The position numbers were made by a program, and so were the translations under genes. From Octopus sinensis (taxonomy: Eukaryota), in contig NC_043002.1 of the NCBI RefSeq assembly GCF_006345805.1, positions 94,984,001 to 95,048,000 of the forward strand: a stretch of 64,000 nucleotides of DNA, in the 5' to 3' direction. Under the pieces are notes generated by a model, which made no database searches, was not told the origin of the DNA, and saw only the letters and a program-made list of their open reading frames with translations. Numbering within the stretch: the first letter of the stretch is position 1; every line of letters begins with the position of its first letter. Below, piece by piece: positions 1-14,144 of this stretch.

Positions 1-393
1 GAGTGAGATCGTTGCCAGAGCAACAAGCTGGCCTTCGTGCCGATGGCACATTAAGCACACCATTCAAGTGTGATCGTTACCACGTCGCCTTAGTAGCACT
101 TGTGCTGGTGGCATGTGAAACATTTGAGCGAGGTCGTCGCCAGTGCCGCTGGACTAGTTCCTGTGCAGGTGGCACGTAAAAAGCACCATTTGGGCGTGGC
201 TGTTGCCAGTACCACCAAACTGGCCAGTGACATGGAAAAGCACCCACAACACTCTCGGAGTGGTTGGCGTTAGGAAGAGCATCCAGCTGTAGAAACTCTG
301 CCAGTTCAGATTGGAGTTTGGTTCGCCAGACCTCAGTCAAATCGTCCAACCCATGCTAGCATGGAAAGCGGACATTAAATGATGATGGTGATG
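1..393 (+). mobile_element. Non-autonomous retroposon/SINE, family B, with RTE-type 3' end and (TGA)n tail; 5' part outside the window
   Basis: Ends in ccaacccatgctagcatggaaagcggacattaaatgatgatg. Similar copies at 9605-10006, 4065-4277, 13617-13950 and 45797-45948. Confidence 0.8.
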
Positions 394-457
394 ATATATA
401 TATATGTGTGTGTGTATATGCATATATATATATGTGTGTGTGTGTGTGTGTATATGC

Positions 458-493
<36 letters not shown>

Positions 494-708
494 ATGCATG
501 CATATGTGTATGTGTGTATGTAAATATATGTGTGTATGTATATATATGCATATATGTATGTGTATATATGTGTGCGTATCTGTGTGTATATGCATATATA
601 TATGTATGTGCATATGCATGTGTATGTATGTATGTATGTGTATATATATATGTGTGTCTATACACGTGTATATATATGCATGTGTATATATATATATATC
701 TATATGTA
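394..708. repeat. Compound (TA)n/(TG)n microsatellite
   Basis: Read directly; it explains the Y/I/H/T/C/V-rich ORFs at 356-824. Confidence 0.95.
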
Positions 709-1094
709 CTGCAGGCTTCCACACAGTTTCCATCTACCAAATTCACTCTCAAGGCAATGGTCAGCTCAGGACTGTAATAGGAAACACAGAAGTTAGCATG
801 TAGTGGAACTGAACCTGAAACCAAATGAATTTCTTAAACACCTTTGCTTTCACAAAATTTTTCCTATCCTCATTTAATATTACTGTAGTAGACAAATTTC
901 CCCATTTTCATTTTAACTGACCACTTGATATGGTATCAGGCTAGCCAATTTCTTAATGGCATCTGAGAGATTGGCTTTCATATACTGCTTACTGAGTTCA
1001 ATACTGAGTGGTACTCTACTCTAGATTTTAAGAAACACATCAAGAGCCTTAACTTTGCCCCCACTATATTCCTACTATTTGGGGAATTGGTTAA

Positions 1095-1314
1095 CCCTTT
1101 AGCGTTGAGATTACTCTGTCAAATATAATGCTTTTTCATTCACATCGTTTTGAATTAATCTTGCATTATCTTGTAGCTCTGAGAATTTGATGATGTGATG
1201 GTTTATTTTTAGGATGACATTGTAGGATATGAGTGAGAGGCCAGATCTAGATGGTTTGAACATAAAAGAAGTAGAAAATTTGGGCCGGATATGGCCGGTT
1301 TAAATGCTAAAGGG
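1095..1314. mobile_element. Non-autonomous piggyBac-like element
   Basis: TTAA at 1091-1094 and 1315-1318 flank the TIRs ccctttagc / gctaaaggg. Confidence 0.85.
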
Positions 1315-2344
1315 TTAAACATGACCTGAGCTGGATTCCCAGTAAAGTAGTAACAAAGAATACTCATAGAAAAAGAGGGTGCAGCTGATTCTGTCCATTA
1401 GTTTGCCTACAATCATAAGTCATGAGCTGTATTTGCAACTATTTATTTATTTTTTTGTTTGTTTTGCTCTGGAGCCAAGGTGGAGGGTAAAGTAAGACAG
1501 AGGGGCCCAAGTCTGTGAAGGTTAACTGAGGTGTTACTGTAGTTGTTTGTATGAATTACATATTTTGTTCACCCATTTGTTGAATGCTGTTTTTCCATGC
1601 TAACATGGGTTGGGCAGAGATCTATTTGAATGTAGCATTTTATGGCCAGATGCCCTTCTTGTTGCCAGCCCTTACCTCATGTGTGTCAGCACACACACAC
1701 ATACACAAATTCTTTCAAGTAGCATCTACTATATCCATTCATAAGGCTTTGATCAGCCCAGATCTATAGTAGAAGATACTTACCCAAGTTATCATGAAAT
1801 GGGACTTAACCCAAAACCATGTTGTTGTGAAGCAAACTTCTCAAAAGCAGCAACATCTGCTTATATATATGTTGATAGATAAAAGATAGATAGATATGTA
1901 GATGTAGGTAGATATTGATAAATGGACAGGTATATAAAGTATGTATGTCGCTATTTTTGCTTACTATATGGAATGTATTATACAATATTTGTTTTCACAA
2001 TATTCATAAAATGAAGCTGATAACCAACAATGCAAATCATGGTATGTTCAACTTCAAAGTATTATTATGTGTTTGATACAAATGGTCAATTGCTATTAAA
2101 TTATTGGAGATTATTTCTAGCCTGTCACTCTTTAACTCTTTCATGACCATTTCTCAAACAAAATACATAGTTCTAGGTTTCAGTTAGTCATGAAACTTAT
2201 CAAATATTTACAGAGAATTAGTTAAATAGTTAATTTTTTAAAATTAATTGATGAAGATAAAAGATAATGTTAAGTCAGTCTGTTATACTTAACATTGAAG
2301 CTCTTGTCCAAAATGGTGATGAATATTTTAATTTAAATATTTTT

Positions 2345-2670
2345 TTACCTTTTCCTTGTTTCACTCATTATACTGCAGCCATGCTAGGACACCGCCTTGA
2401 AGAATTTTAGTCAAACAAAATGATCCAGTACTTATTTGAAGCTTGCTGTTTATTCTATCAATCTCTTTTGCCAACCTGCTAAGTGACTGGATTGTAAGCG
2501 CAAACACATACAAACACAAGCATCTTTCGGCTTCTATCTATGAAATCCACTCACAAGGCTTTGGTTGGCCTGAGGCTATATTAGAAGACACTTGCCTAAG
2601 GTACCATACGGTGGGACTGAATCAAGAACCATGTGGTTAGGAAGCAAACTTCTTACCAGACAGCCACGCC
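2345..2670 (-). mobile_element. tRNA-derived SINE family A, diverged copy
   Basis: Reverse complement resembles 23603-23997. Confidence 0.7.
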
Positions 2671-4064
2671 TTCACTAATATGAACAATTTAAAGGACTAG
2701 AGGTGGTCTCAGTCAAGTTAATATCAATGTGGTTTCACTTAGTTTTATAGGAATGGCGTGGAGGTGGTTTCAGTCAGGTTGGTATCAAATGACTATAGGC
2801 AGTCTCATGAGGGTTATTATCAAATGGATTTAGGAGTTTAGAAGTTAACCGCTATTTAAAGAATATGAAGTGTCTATCTTTTCAAAGATTTTGAAAGCAA
2901 CAGCCTTACTCTTTTATAATGTGGAATACAAAAGAGCTTTCAGCATATGTATATGGAACATTAATGTTGATATATTTATTAGGATTTTGATAGGAGTCAT
3001 AGAATTACCATGACATAATATGCAGGTTAAAGCTACTGTTTGGAAGCCAAATTAATATTGATGTCTTACTGAAGCTATTCTTTTGTAACAAATGCTGAGT
3101 TTATGTATTATGTTATAGTTTTGATGTTACCCCATAATAAAGCCATTTATAGGAGTACTACACTGAAAGTGAACATTTAATATACTACTGTATTTTCCAG
3201 GTATTGTTGTCAGTTCAAAGTGGCTATTTATCTCCTTTTTAAGGAAATGTTAATAAAATAGCCAACGAATATTAAGCGTTTCAATCTATGCTCTCAGTAA
3301 TTATAGTTGATTCAATTGTTGGAATGAATATTAGGAAGTTGAACCTATTGTTTAGTACGTCAATGAAAGAGTGACTGATCTTATATATTCTCTTGTGAAT
3401 ATCGTTTATGTTACTGTTGGTTGTTGTGTAGCCCACTCAGCTTTGGTTGAACAGAGCTCAGCCAGTTTTTAAATATTCCATCTTCATTGACTTTTTTTTT
3501 AAACTTTTATTTTCAAAAATAAAATAAAAATTTTATGGTCATTAATTCCTTATTTTGAGAGAGCAGCTAGATTTAAAACCAGCAAAGTAGTATTTATTGA
3601 CTAAACTATAAAAATACTCTGCTTCTTCAGATCCTATAAAGTACTAGTTTTATTGTATTATTAATGGTTAAGCTGTTCGCTTTTCATAACCGTTTATATA
3701 TTGTCATCACTTAAACGATATCATAAAACTTTGACTTAATAAATTATAGTAAATACTGTGTGAGTGACTGTATACAGATAAGTACATGTGTCCTTTTTAT
3801 CAAATTGCTATAGTGAACTATTTTTACTGGTCATTCATAATTCCTTTTAAAGGATAACAATTATTGTGTGAAATTAGGAACTATATTTTATAATTGTAGT
3901 TTGTTGTTATTATTTTACTGTTGGCAGTTGTTCCATTAATGCAGTAATGTTACTTACATTAATTAGTTTCACCTTTATTCCACTTTGATTAATATTCTAG
4001 AGATAATCAAGTTTAACTTGAAAATTTCCTGAATGTAGCTGCCATACATACATATATATATATA

Positions 4065-4275
4065 TCATCATCATCGTTTAACATCCGTTTTCCGTGCTAG
4101 CACGGGTTGGACGGTTCGACCGGGGTCTGGGGAGCCAGGGGCTGCCCCAGGCTCCAGTCTGATCTGGCAGTGTTTCTACAGCTGGATGCCCTTCCTAACG
4201 CCAACCACTCCGCGAGTGTAGTGGGTGCTTTTTACGTGCCACCTGCACAGGTGCCAGAGGGGTCTGGCATCGGCC

Positions 4276-4277
<2 letters not shown>
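4065..4277 (-). mobile_element. Family B retroposon, 3' fragment
   Basis: catcatcgtttaacatccgttttccgtgctagcacgggttgg is the reverse complement of the family B tail. Confidence 0.8.
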
Positions 4278-4342
<65 letters not shown>

Positions 4343-4746
4343 GACAAGAATATTCAGATTATTTGGCATAAAAATAATTAATTGATTATGATTATATCTT
4401 TCTTAAATTTTAACCTCATCTTTAGAAGTAAAACATTTTAAATACTCATATATTAAAATTGTTTCAGTTAGTTTGATTCCAATCTTTGTTGTTGGCATCA
4501 GGACCCGCACTACTGCCACTACCACCACCATCATAATCACCCCCCACCACCATCACAATCATCATCACCATTGTTGTCGTTGATCCTGAATATTTATATG
4601 TCATGGAATAATGTGTAAATGTAAATATTTTTAAATGTTTCATCTTCAAAAAGTAAGGTAAATTACCTGGAAAACTATTGGGATCTTATGAACAACTTGT
4701 CTCCAGTTTTTTTTTAGAGTATACAGAGTATATTCTGTATATGTAT

Positions 4747-4806
<60 letters not shown>

Positions 4807-4811
4807 TATAT

Positions 4812-5160
4812 GTCCCACTGCGTGGCATCTTGGGCAAGTGTCTTTTACTATAGCCTCGGGCCGACCAAAGCCTTGTGAGTGGATTTGGTAGACGGAAACT
4901 GAAAGAAGCCCGTCGTGTATATGTATATATATATATATATGCGTGTATGTGTTCGTGTGTCTGTGTTTGTCCCCCTAGCATTGCTTGACAACCGATGCTG
5001 GTGTGTTTATGTCCCCGTTACTTAGCGGTTCGGCAAAAGAGACCGATAGAATAAGTACTGGGCTTACAAAAGAATAAGTCCCGGGGTCGAGTTGCTCGAT
5101 TAAAGGCGGTGCTCCAGCATGGCCACAGTCAAATGACTGAAACAAGTAAAAGAGTAGAAG
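4812..5160 (+). mobile_element. SINE family A, 5'-truncated
   Basis: gtcccactgcgtggca...aaatgactgaaacaagtaaaagag matches 23603-23997. Confidence 0.85.
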
Positions 5161-5398
5161 AGTATATGTTTCTGAGAAAAGTCCTAATTGCGGAATTTAA
5201 TTGATATCTATTTTCTTACAAATCCTGTAGCTTAATTGAAGCCAAGTTATGTTATCCATCGTTATTGTAAATTATATTAATGACCTGTAGGGACAGTGTA
5301 TTTCATTATGCAACCATAATATACAACAAAGTATGTTAAACAGTTTTTTTTTTGTAAGTCAGTACTCTGTTCTACTGTATTAGTAGTGCTGTTATTAC

Positions 5399-5576
5399 AT
5401 CACTTGTTAAGGTTTCTCTACAGATTTTCTATAGAAATTATAACCAGCACTGATTTTTCATTTTCAATCTCATTGTTGTTTACACCTGGCATCTTAGATA
5501 CGAAACACCGTCGTGACAAATCAGTGCAGGCTATAATTCCTATTAAAAGTCTGTAGAGATAACCTTAACAAGTGAT
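5399..5576. repeat. Imperfect inverted repeat, about 58-bp arms and 60-nt loop
   Basis: Arm 5399-5456 (atcacttgttaaggtttctctacaga...gcactgattt) pairs with 5518-5576. Confidence 0.85.
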
Positions 5577-7629
5577 TATATAAACCACGCTGAGACAAAA
5601 TTCACAGCTTAATAATTATTATTCTTATTTCTGAAGTGGTGTGTATTACCTACAAGAAGACACTATTAAAGCAAAGCCTCTGTCCTTACTTTGTGAATCA
5701 AATTACCTTAGCCTTTTCTTTATCTATTTATTTACATAATTTAACCGGCCCAATTTCAGGTTTCTTTTTACTGTTCTAGGAGGCCTTTATTAATTGCGTA
5801 AATTCTCATCTGAAAATTTGTATGAGCTGTTATTGTTGTTGCTCTAGCATTAATCAATTTTACTTGCTCTTCGACTTTAGTCCAGCAGCTGAGTAAATAA
5901 TCTTCTCTTCCATGCCATTTATTTTAGATAATCTTTGCTGTTTAAAACATAACATGAATTTTATCATGCTGTACTTGTACCTTAATTGGATTGTAACTAT
6001 TGACATGTTTCCTTTTTTTCCCTTGCTTTCTTTGACAGTTAAAGTGTTCATGAACATTAGTCGTCATTCTTGTAAGCTGACTACTTCTATCAATTTTTGC
6101 TGATACTGCATTCTCACTGAGTAAGTAGATTTGCTTTTTCCTAAGGATTATCATATTTCATGTTTCCTCTGCACTTCACTTTGCTAACACATTTCCCAAC
6201 ATGTACCTTGTATTTACCTCCATCACCCTGCCAAATGTTTCCTTCTTACAACCTTCCTGTCACCAAACAAAAGAAACAGAGAATTCTTATTTGAAACAAT
6301 CAACTCTTTTGGAATTTTAGATTCCAGGCATTCTTTTAATCTATTGTGTTTTGTAGCTATCAAAGACATGCTTTATCAGATCATACCATAGTTGATAGCT
6401 TTTCTGAGAGATACATTACTTATTGCTGAAAGTGCTCAAGACAAACAATACCTTTAGTGCTAAAACAGTTTAAAATCCTAGACAGACAGACTGGAAAGAA
6501 ATGTTATGAAAAGGAAAAGATCTTTAATAGTCACTAGTGTGATTGATTTTCTAGGTCAAGGGGTTAAAAGTAATTAAATAATCAGTGTAATTAGGTTACA
6601 AAATTACAAAACAACTTGGACAGTTTATTTGAGGGTAATATGAAAAGGCTCTGTCACTTTGTTTGATGAAAAAAATTTTCTCTATAGTTTTAGCTTACTG
6701 CATAGCAAGTGCCTTTTACAAGCTTATCTCTTCTTTGTAAGTGAAATTGGTTGATGGAAACTGCTTGGAACTTATTGTGTGTGTGTGTGTGTGTGTGCAT
6801 GCGTGCACATAAGAGAGAATATATATATTCTATGCTCTGCATGAAAATGTTGAACTAAAATTGGCCACATTTGTGACTAACAAATTGCCCTCTAGCTCTT
6901 CAAGATGGGTAGACTAAAAAAATCACTTACTTGAAAAGCACATGCTAATGATAGGAAGGGTATCTTCTTGTAAAACAATGCTTCATTAATATATATTTGT
7001 CTAACCCAAGATTGCATGGAAAACTGGAAGCAAAACTGTAACATTTATGTACTTAGTCTGAACATCCTTGACTAAATTACTCAAAAACTAGAAACTATTT
7101 AATGCATCTTCTCTTTAATAGTTGGATTGGAAATTCAGTAAATAAGCTCTGTAGCTAATCTTCTACTCAGTCAAATACTTTGTTGCTTATTGATTTCTTT
7201 TTTTCAAAATTGCCTTTATAATTATGAAAGTTACCTTGGATGCATGTTGAGGTTATCTTGACTTTGTCTGACCAAGTTCAAAATATTTCATGCAGTACAT
7301 CTTGGTTTAAAAACCTTTTATTTAGTTTTTCAAATGTAAAATAAGTAAGCTTCTTGTATTTTCCTCATCTACATAACACATTTATAACCTTGAATTCCTA
7401 TTTTGAAAGTGTACACAAATATGTGTATTTTGCACTTAATATTGGTATCAAATTTTGGCATAAGGCCAGCAATTTTGAGTGGGTGGGTTAAATATATTAC
7501 ATTGACCCCACTGTCCTACTGGTACTTATTTTATCACTGCAGGAAGAATGAAAGGGAAAGTTAACCCCAGCAATTTTTGCAGCATGGTAACGATTCTGCC
7601 GGCTGGTTGGTTTATTTATTTACTCTACT

Positions 7630-7830
7630 CTCTTTTACTTGTTTCAGTCATTTGACTGTGGCCATGGAGAACCACCTTTAGTCGAACAAATCGCCCCCAG
7701 GACTTATTCTTTGTAAGCCTAGTACTTATCCTCTCAGTCACTTTTACTGAACCACTAAGTTACAGGGATGTAAATACACCAACGTTGGTTGTCAAGCAAT
7801 GGTAGGGGGACAAACACAGACACACAAACA
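7630..7830 (-). mobile_element. SINE family A, 3' half
   Basis: ctcttttacttgtttcagtcatttgactgtggcc is the reverse complement of the family A tail. Confidence 0.8.
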
Positions 7831-7842
7831 TATACATATGTA

Positions 7843-7890
<48 letters not shown>

Positions 7891-8172
7891 GAGGAGCAAT
7901 GGTTCAGTGGTTAGGGCAGCAGACTCGCAGTAGTAGGATCGCAGTTACAATTCCCAGACTGAGTGTTTATTGAGCGAAAACACCTAAAGCTCCACAAGGC
8001 TCTGGCAGGGGGTGGTGGTGATCCCTGCTGTACTCTTTTGCCACAACTTTATCTCACTCTTTCTTCTGTTGGCCTGCTCGCTTAGCCAGTGGGGTGGCGT
8101 CATTTGAAGGCTAAAACATTGTGAAGCACATTGTGACCAACAGTGTGTAGCAACATCTGATAGCCTGGTCGG
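7891..8172 (+). mobile_element. tRNA-derived SINE family C
   Basis: A-box-like ggttcagtggttagggca and B-box-like gttacaattccc; near-identical to 19845-20143. Confidence 0.8.
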
Positions 8173-9604
8173 TCTTTTTCTTTTTTTGTAAATAATAGTA
8201 ATAGAATTAAAGCAGTAAGCCAGCAGAATTGTTCCTGCGCCAGATAAAATACTTAGCAACGTTTCATCCATTTTTACATTCTGAGTTCAAATCCTGCTGA
8301 TGTCAACCTTGCCTTTCAGTCATTTGAGGTTGATAAAATAGCACAAGTTGAACATTGGGATCGATGTAATCAACTTACTACCTTCCCCTAAATCTGATGG
8401 CCTTATGCCAAAATTTGGAACCACTGTTAATAACAGAATTGGTAGTATGCTAGTCTTATTCTAGCAGTTACACTTTCAGTGCACCCACCCCCGCTACTAA
8501 CTTCGTCACCTCGGTAACGGAAGCTATCAACTACTTCTAGTTTTTCTCCCTGGAATGTAACAAGATGGATGTAGACACACATGTCATTTGCAGTGTTTTG
8601 TCTATTAGTGAAAACAGATATGTGACTGTGAGGTTAAGAGGAAAACTGTGCAAGATTTAGCCTTACTATGCAGCACCTTAGGCCAGTGTCTTCTACCATA
8701 CATAGCCTAAGGCTGATCAATGCTTTTTGAATGAAATTTCATAAACAAAGATAATGTGGAACTGTTTCTCTACCTGATAGGTGGTCTTTGTCCATCACCC
8801 TGTTCACAATCATTATCTTGTCCTTGGCAGCTTTTGGCAGAGTACATTCCATTGTCTGTTGCTGGAATTCAGAGTGTCTTTCCATTCTGAGGATAATATC
8901 CTCTCCCCCTCCTGCCCACCTTAGACATCTTGCAAAGGTCACAGACACCTGCCCTTCCTTCTTTAAGCTATTAAAAATGAATCTACCATTTTCACTTGAT
9001 TAAAATTGTTATAAGAAAATTTCCTTATTATGAAGTATTTTATATTCATAAAGAATTGAAACAGTTTCATTGTTTCTTGTTTTGAAAGAAATAATCCTTT
9101 GTAGTTTAGAATAAAATGTTATCTTAGATTTTTTCTAATTAATTGAGATGTGATTATATTTCTTTATCCATTTTTTGAAATGAATATTCATTTAGTTGTT
9201 TATAAATGATATTCAGATAAGTTTGGTTCTCTTTGTTAGTTTTATCTCTGATGTTTATTTTAAACGTCATTTGTTGTATATACCATATTTTTCTTGTTGT
9301 TTATTAAAATAAAATAATTTAATAAACTGACTTATGAATTTACAGTTTAATTGGAATATATAAAATCTGTTATGTATGTAATTTCTTGGGTGTAGAAACA
9401 GAATGGGAGTACTAACTGAGAGTTAGTCTGAGCACTCTTTCATAGAATATTTGAAAATTAGCATGGGGACTATAGAAAAAATAGGGATCATTTTGACATG
9501 ATCTTGATGCAATTAGACTGGTACTTGAAAGAGAAAGAAAGGATTACAGTAGTTTACAACTATTTTCTTTGAGTTTTTCAAATATTTACAATGATTTTTT
9601 TCGA

Positions 9605-10006
9605 TGACTGGCATCCGTGCTAGCGGGGTGCAAAGAACACCATCTGAGCGTGATCGTTGCCAGAGCAGCCAACTGGCTTCCGTACCCGTGGCACGTAAAA
9701 GGGCACCATTCAAGCGTGATCGTTACCAACGTTGCTTCACTGGCACCTGTGCTGGTGGCACGTGCAAAAAGATCCGAGCAAGATCATTGTCAGTACCGCC
9801 TGACTGGCCCCTGTGCAGGTGGCACGTAAAATGCACCCACTACACTCTCGGAGTGGTTGGCGTTAGGAAGGGCATCCAGCTGTTGAAACTCTGCCAGATC
9901 AAGACTGGAGCCTGGTGCAGCCATCTGGTTGCCAGCCCTCAGTCAAAATCATCCAACCCATGCTAGCATGGAAAATGGACGTTAAATGATGATGATGATG
10001 ATGATG
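9605..10006 (+). mobile_element. Family B retroposon with (GAT)n tail
   Basis: Internal ggcacgtaaaa repeats and the same tail as 1-393. Confidence 0.8.
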
Positions 10007-13000
10007 TTGGCTATTTCTTATAAGTATATTGTAGTTGATGTTCTGTTTCAGTTTTTGTTATTTTAATCAGTATTAGGATGGTTGTCCTACCCACTTACCC
10101 AGCAGGGTGGAAGCTACAACAATGTGAGGAAGTGCTTTGTGATCAGAAGTGTGTAACAACAGCCAATTGTTTTGTCGATGCATTGAAACAGTGATTAGGA
10201 TAATGATTGGCAGAGTTGTTAGGTTTCCAGAAAAAAATGTCTTCCATTATTCAATTTGCTTCTTTACAGCCCAAGTTCAAATCCTGTTGAGATGATCTTT
10301 GCTTTCATCCTTCCATGGTTGATAAAATCAAGTACAAGTCAAGTACTGGAGTAAACGGTATCAACTAGAACCCTCTCCTGAAATTTGCTAGCCTTGTGCT
10401 TAAATCTGAAATCATCATTTTAAAAGATTATGAATTTCTAAGGAAATGGTATTCAGTTGGCAGGGATAAATTTTATGACTCTATTACCATGTTTTCATTT
10501 CACTCTACACTTTAAAATGCAGCTGTTTAAGATTGTAATACAGCATTCTGCATTGGTTACCTGTTATTCTCAGGAAGAATATATCAAATTACTTGCCTTG
10601 GCTTCTGTAGACTTAAGATATTAAAAACACCTTTCATATTATAATAGATAATACTATTACCATAATATATAATATATATATACAAGGTGGCATCAAAATA
10701 TTCCTGGACTAGCTCTGTAGCACGCCAACAGATGGCAGCACATGGCTGCATGCACAGTGGGAGCTAGCAGTGACCTTCATGAGGCAGTGGGCTGAGTGGC
10801 ATAGCTGTGCTCACTTCACAAGTTGTGAAATTTGTGTTTTTGTGATCATGTGCTGTTATGGCTGTGTGGTTAGAAGTTTGCTTCCCAACCACTGTGTTTT
10901 GGATTCAATCTCAGTGCATTTGCACCTCAGGTAAGTCCTCTACTACAAGGGCTTCAACTACAAGGTCTTCTTCTATGGGGTTGACCAAAGCCTTGTGAGT
11001 GGATTTGTAGAAAGAAACTGAGGACAAACTTCAACACAGTTTCCATCTACCACATACTACTCACAAACTATTGGTCCACCCAAAACTATGATAGAACTCC
11101 AAGCTGCCAAAGTATAGAATCAGATCCACAGCTTTGAGGTTGTAAAATGACTTCTTAACCAAATAGCCACTTAATTCAAATTAACCTTGTTTTAGAATTT
11201 TTCTGTTTGTTATCTCATTAGCTGATCCTATAGTAAAGTTTGAGCTCTCTGTCACTGAATATTCAAAAATTAATATGGGGACTGTAGACAGATAGTGGTC
11301 ATTTTGACATGATCTTGATGCAATTATATTTCGTATACAATATCAAAGGACAGAGATGCCTTCTGTTGGTTAAGTTTTTTTACGCTATACTATGGATCCT
11401 GTGAAAATTAATCTTTCTTATTCAACATAATTAACTTCTGTTGACCTATCCAGATCTTGACATCTCATTTTCTAATAATGTAAATGAGTTTTAAGATAGA
11501 TCTTAGAATTTTCAACCATACATTTAAAGTTGTTTGATCAACTGTACTACCAAACGTATGAGATTAGTAAATAGTGTGTATATGACAGACATGAGTACCT
11601 GTAATAAAATCAGCATGACATGGGGTCAAGGTTGGACCTTTGAATTACATGAACAATCTATTTGATGGGTGTCTGTACAGGTTCCAGATACCCAATTTCA
11701 CTCACAAGGCATAGGTTGACCTAAGATTATAGTAAAAGACTCTCTCCCAAGATGCTACACAGTGGGATTGAACTTTGGGCTTTGTGATAGTGACGCAAAC
11801 TTCTTAATCATTCGGCCAGGCTGCATCTATGTGTTAAGTAAATTATGTTCTATAAATCATCAAAAACCTAACGTTGTACTCATTAAATAATATAATAACT
11901 CATGAAAGGGGAGAAAAAATGATTTCTTTTCATTCTTTGGGCATTACATCTATTTTCTTTTTCTTTTTTTTTTTTGTACTGTTAACAATTAGGCTTGTAT
12001 AATTCCACATTCTACAGTCATCAACCATAAAAAAGTGGATCACAGTTCTAGTTACAGGAACCATAATTAAAGCCAGAATTAATGTTCATAAAATTAATTT
12101 GGATTGTTTTGCCAGGGGAAGGGAATGAAGATAACAGGTTTCATGAGTCACTGCTAATTTCCATATTGACCCCTATAGGGAACCCAGCAAGAAATTAGGT
12201 GCTACAAGTGTACCTCTTGACATTGTGTTTTCTGGGGCAACAGTTATAAATTAGCTAAAGGAGTATAGCACCACTTACATATCAAGTGACTCCCTCTGAT
12301 CACTCTGATGGCAACCCTTCCTTAATTGCATCAATCTTTTGAGTTTTTAGTCACAAATTCTAACTTCTGATCTAGCTGGTGGCTGGCCTTTTTCACCTAA
12401 GTAAAAGTGCTGCTGGACGCAGTATATCCTCAAACTGTTATTCTAGGAGCAGGATCCTATCTGGAACACAAATGGCAAATTGGCAGAATTGTCAGAATCT
12501 GGAATACCTCAAGATATTTGTTCCCACTCTCTGTGCCCCAAGGTCAAATTGCACTGAGGTCAACTTTGTTTCTCATCCTCTCAGAATCAGTAAAAAACAA
12601 AAAAAAACAATCCAGGATGTGGATTGGCAGGACTAGAAGAATGCCAGATCTGATACCCTGCATCATTTGTTCTCTCTCTTTGACTTCTAAGTTTAAATGC
12701 TGCCTTGATTGCTTTGCTGGTAGACTTAATATGTCATTCAGTTTAACATCATCACCTGGTACCCTTTGTACTTTATAGAGTTCACTCTATTGCAAGCATT
12801 CAGGCCATGACCCTGGTTTGAGGATATCTCCTTCGAACCAGTCTTTGAGTTTCTGTAAAGGGTTATAGGCTCTACATACCTTCTGAATTAAAATATAAAA
12901 AAAAAAGTCCCTTAAATTCATTCAAAGGTTGTCTTAAAGTTATTGTTGTTTGACTCCAGGTCATCTTTGACAAGATTTATGATCAAAAATATACCAACTG

Positions 13001-13616
13001 CGACCACTCTATCTGTTGTATATCTGTGAATATATTACCTAGTATTTGCAATGGCTCTATATAAGAACAGTAATTATTATTAGTCATCATCATAACTCAT
13101 CATTTTGATGTCCACTTTACATGGGTCAGACGAATTTATTGAGGCTGTTTTTCTATGATCAGATGTTCTTCCTCTTACCAACGCCCGTTTCTAGGAAAGT
13201 CAATATTTCCCCACCTTTCAAAACAAAAATTTAGTGGCTTGATATGTTTTCACAAAAGATTGCGAACAAATAACACTGTTTGTATAGCAGGGATTTTTTT
13301 TTTTTTTTCAACTTAAGATGTTTGTACATTAATTTTGCCATCTGTTTTTCATGCTTGTATAGCTTAGCTAGGGAGAGGTATTTGAGCCAGTCTTTTTATA
13401 GCCAGATGCTTTTCCTGTTGGCAGCCCTTACATTTCAAGTGAGAATTTTTTAATAATTTATTCCATAAGAATTCAAAAGAACAAAGCTAGCAGATGATTG
13501 GTGACAGGAAATGTCAACAAATATGTCACTGGTTACAGCCCTGTCACAGTAACATTAATGGTTATAAGTGTAGGCTATAAACACACACACACATATACAC
13601 ACTCACCCATATATAT

Positions 13617-14130
13617 CATCATCATCATCATTTAACGTCCGCTTTCCATGCTAGCATGGGTAGGACGGTTCGACTGGGGTCTGGGAAGCCAGGTGGCTGC
13701 ACCAGGCTCCAGTCTGATCTGGCAGTGTTTCTACAGCTGGATGCCCTTCCTAACGCCAATCACTCTGTGAGTGTAGTGGGTGGCTTTTACGTGCCACTGG
13801 CACAGGTGCCAGGTGAGGTTGGCAACGGCTACGATCGGTTGGTGCTTTTTACATGCCACTGGCACGGAGGCCAGTCGGGGCGGCGCTGGCAACGGCCACG
13901 TTCAGACGGTTCTTTTACGTGCCACCGGCACTGGTATCACAACTACAGTTTTCATTAATTTTTGAGCGATTTCGATTGCCTCAACAGGTCTTCGCAAGCA
14001 GAGTTTTGTGTCCCAAGAAGGAAAGGTATGCATAAGTGGGTTGGCTACATCCCAGGAAGAGGCCACGGGTTATGGTCTCACTTGTCCTGCCGGGTCTTTT
14101 CACGTACAGCATACTTCCAAAGGTCTCGGT
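13617..14130 (-). mobile_element. Family B retroposon / RTE-like 3' fragment
   Basis: (CAT)n then ttaacgtccgctttccatgctagcatggg; homologous to 4065-4277. Confidence 0.75.
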
Positions 14131-14144
14131 CATATATATATATA

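Noticed and set aside
356-824. Overlapping 88-149 aa ORFs (likewise 15473-15755, 17355-17776, 44333-44682, 49607-50153)
   Set aside because: They are translations of stop-poor microsatellites.
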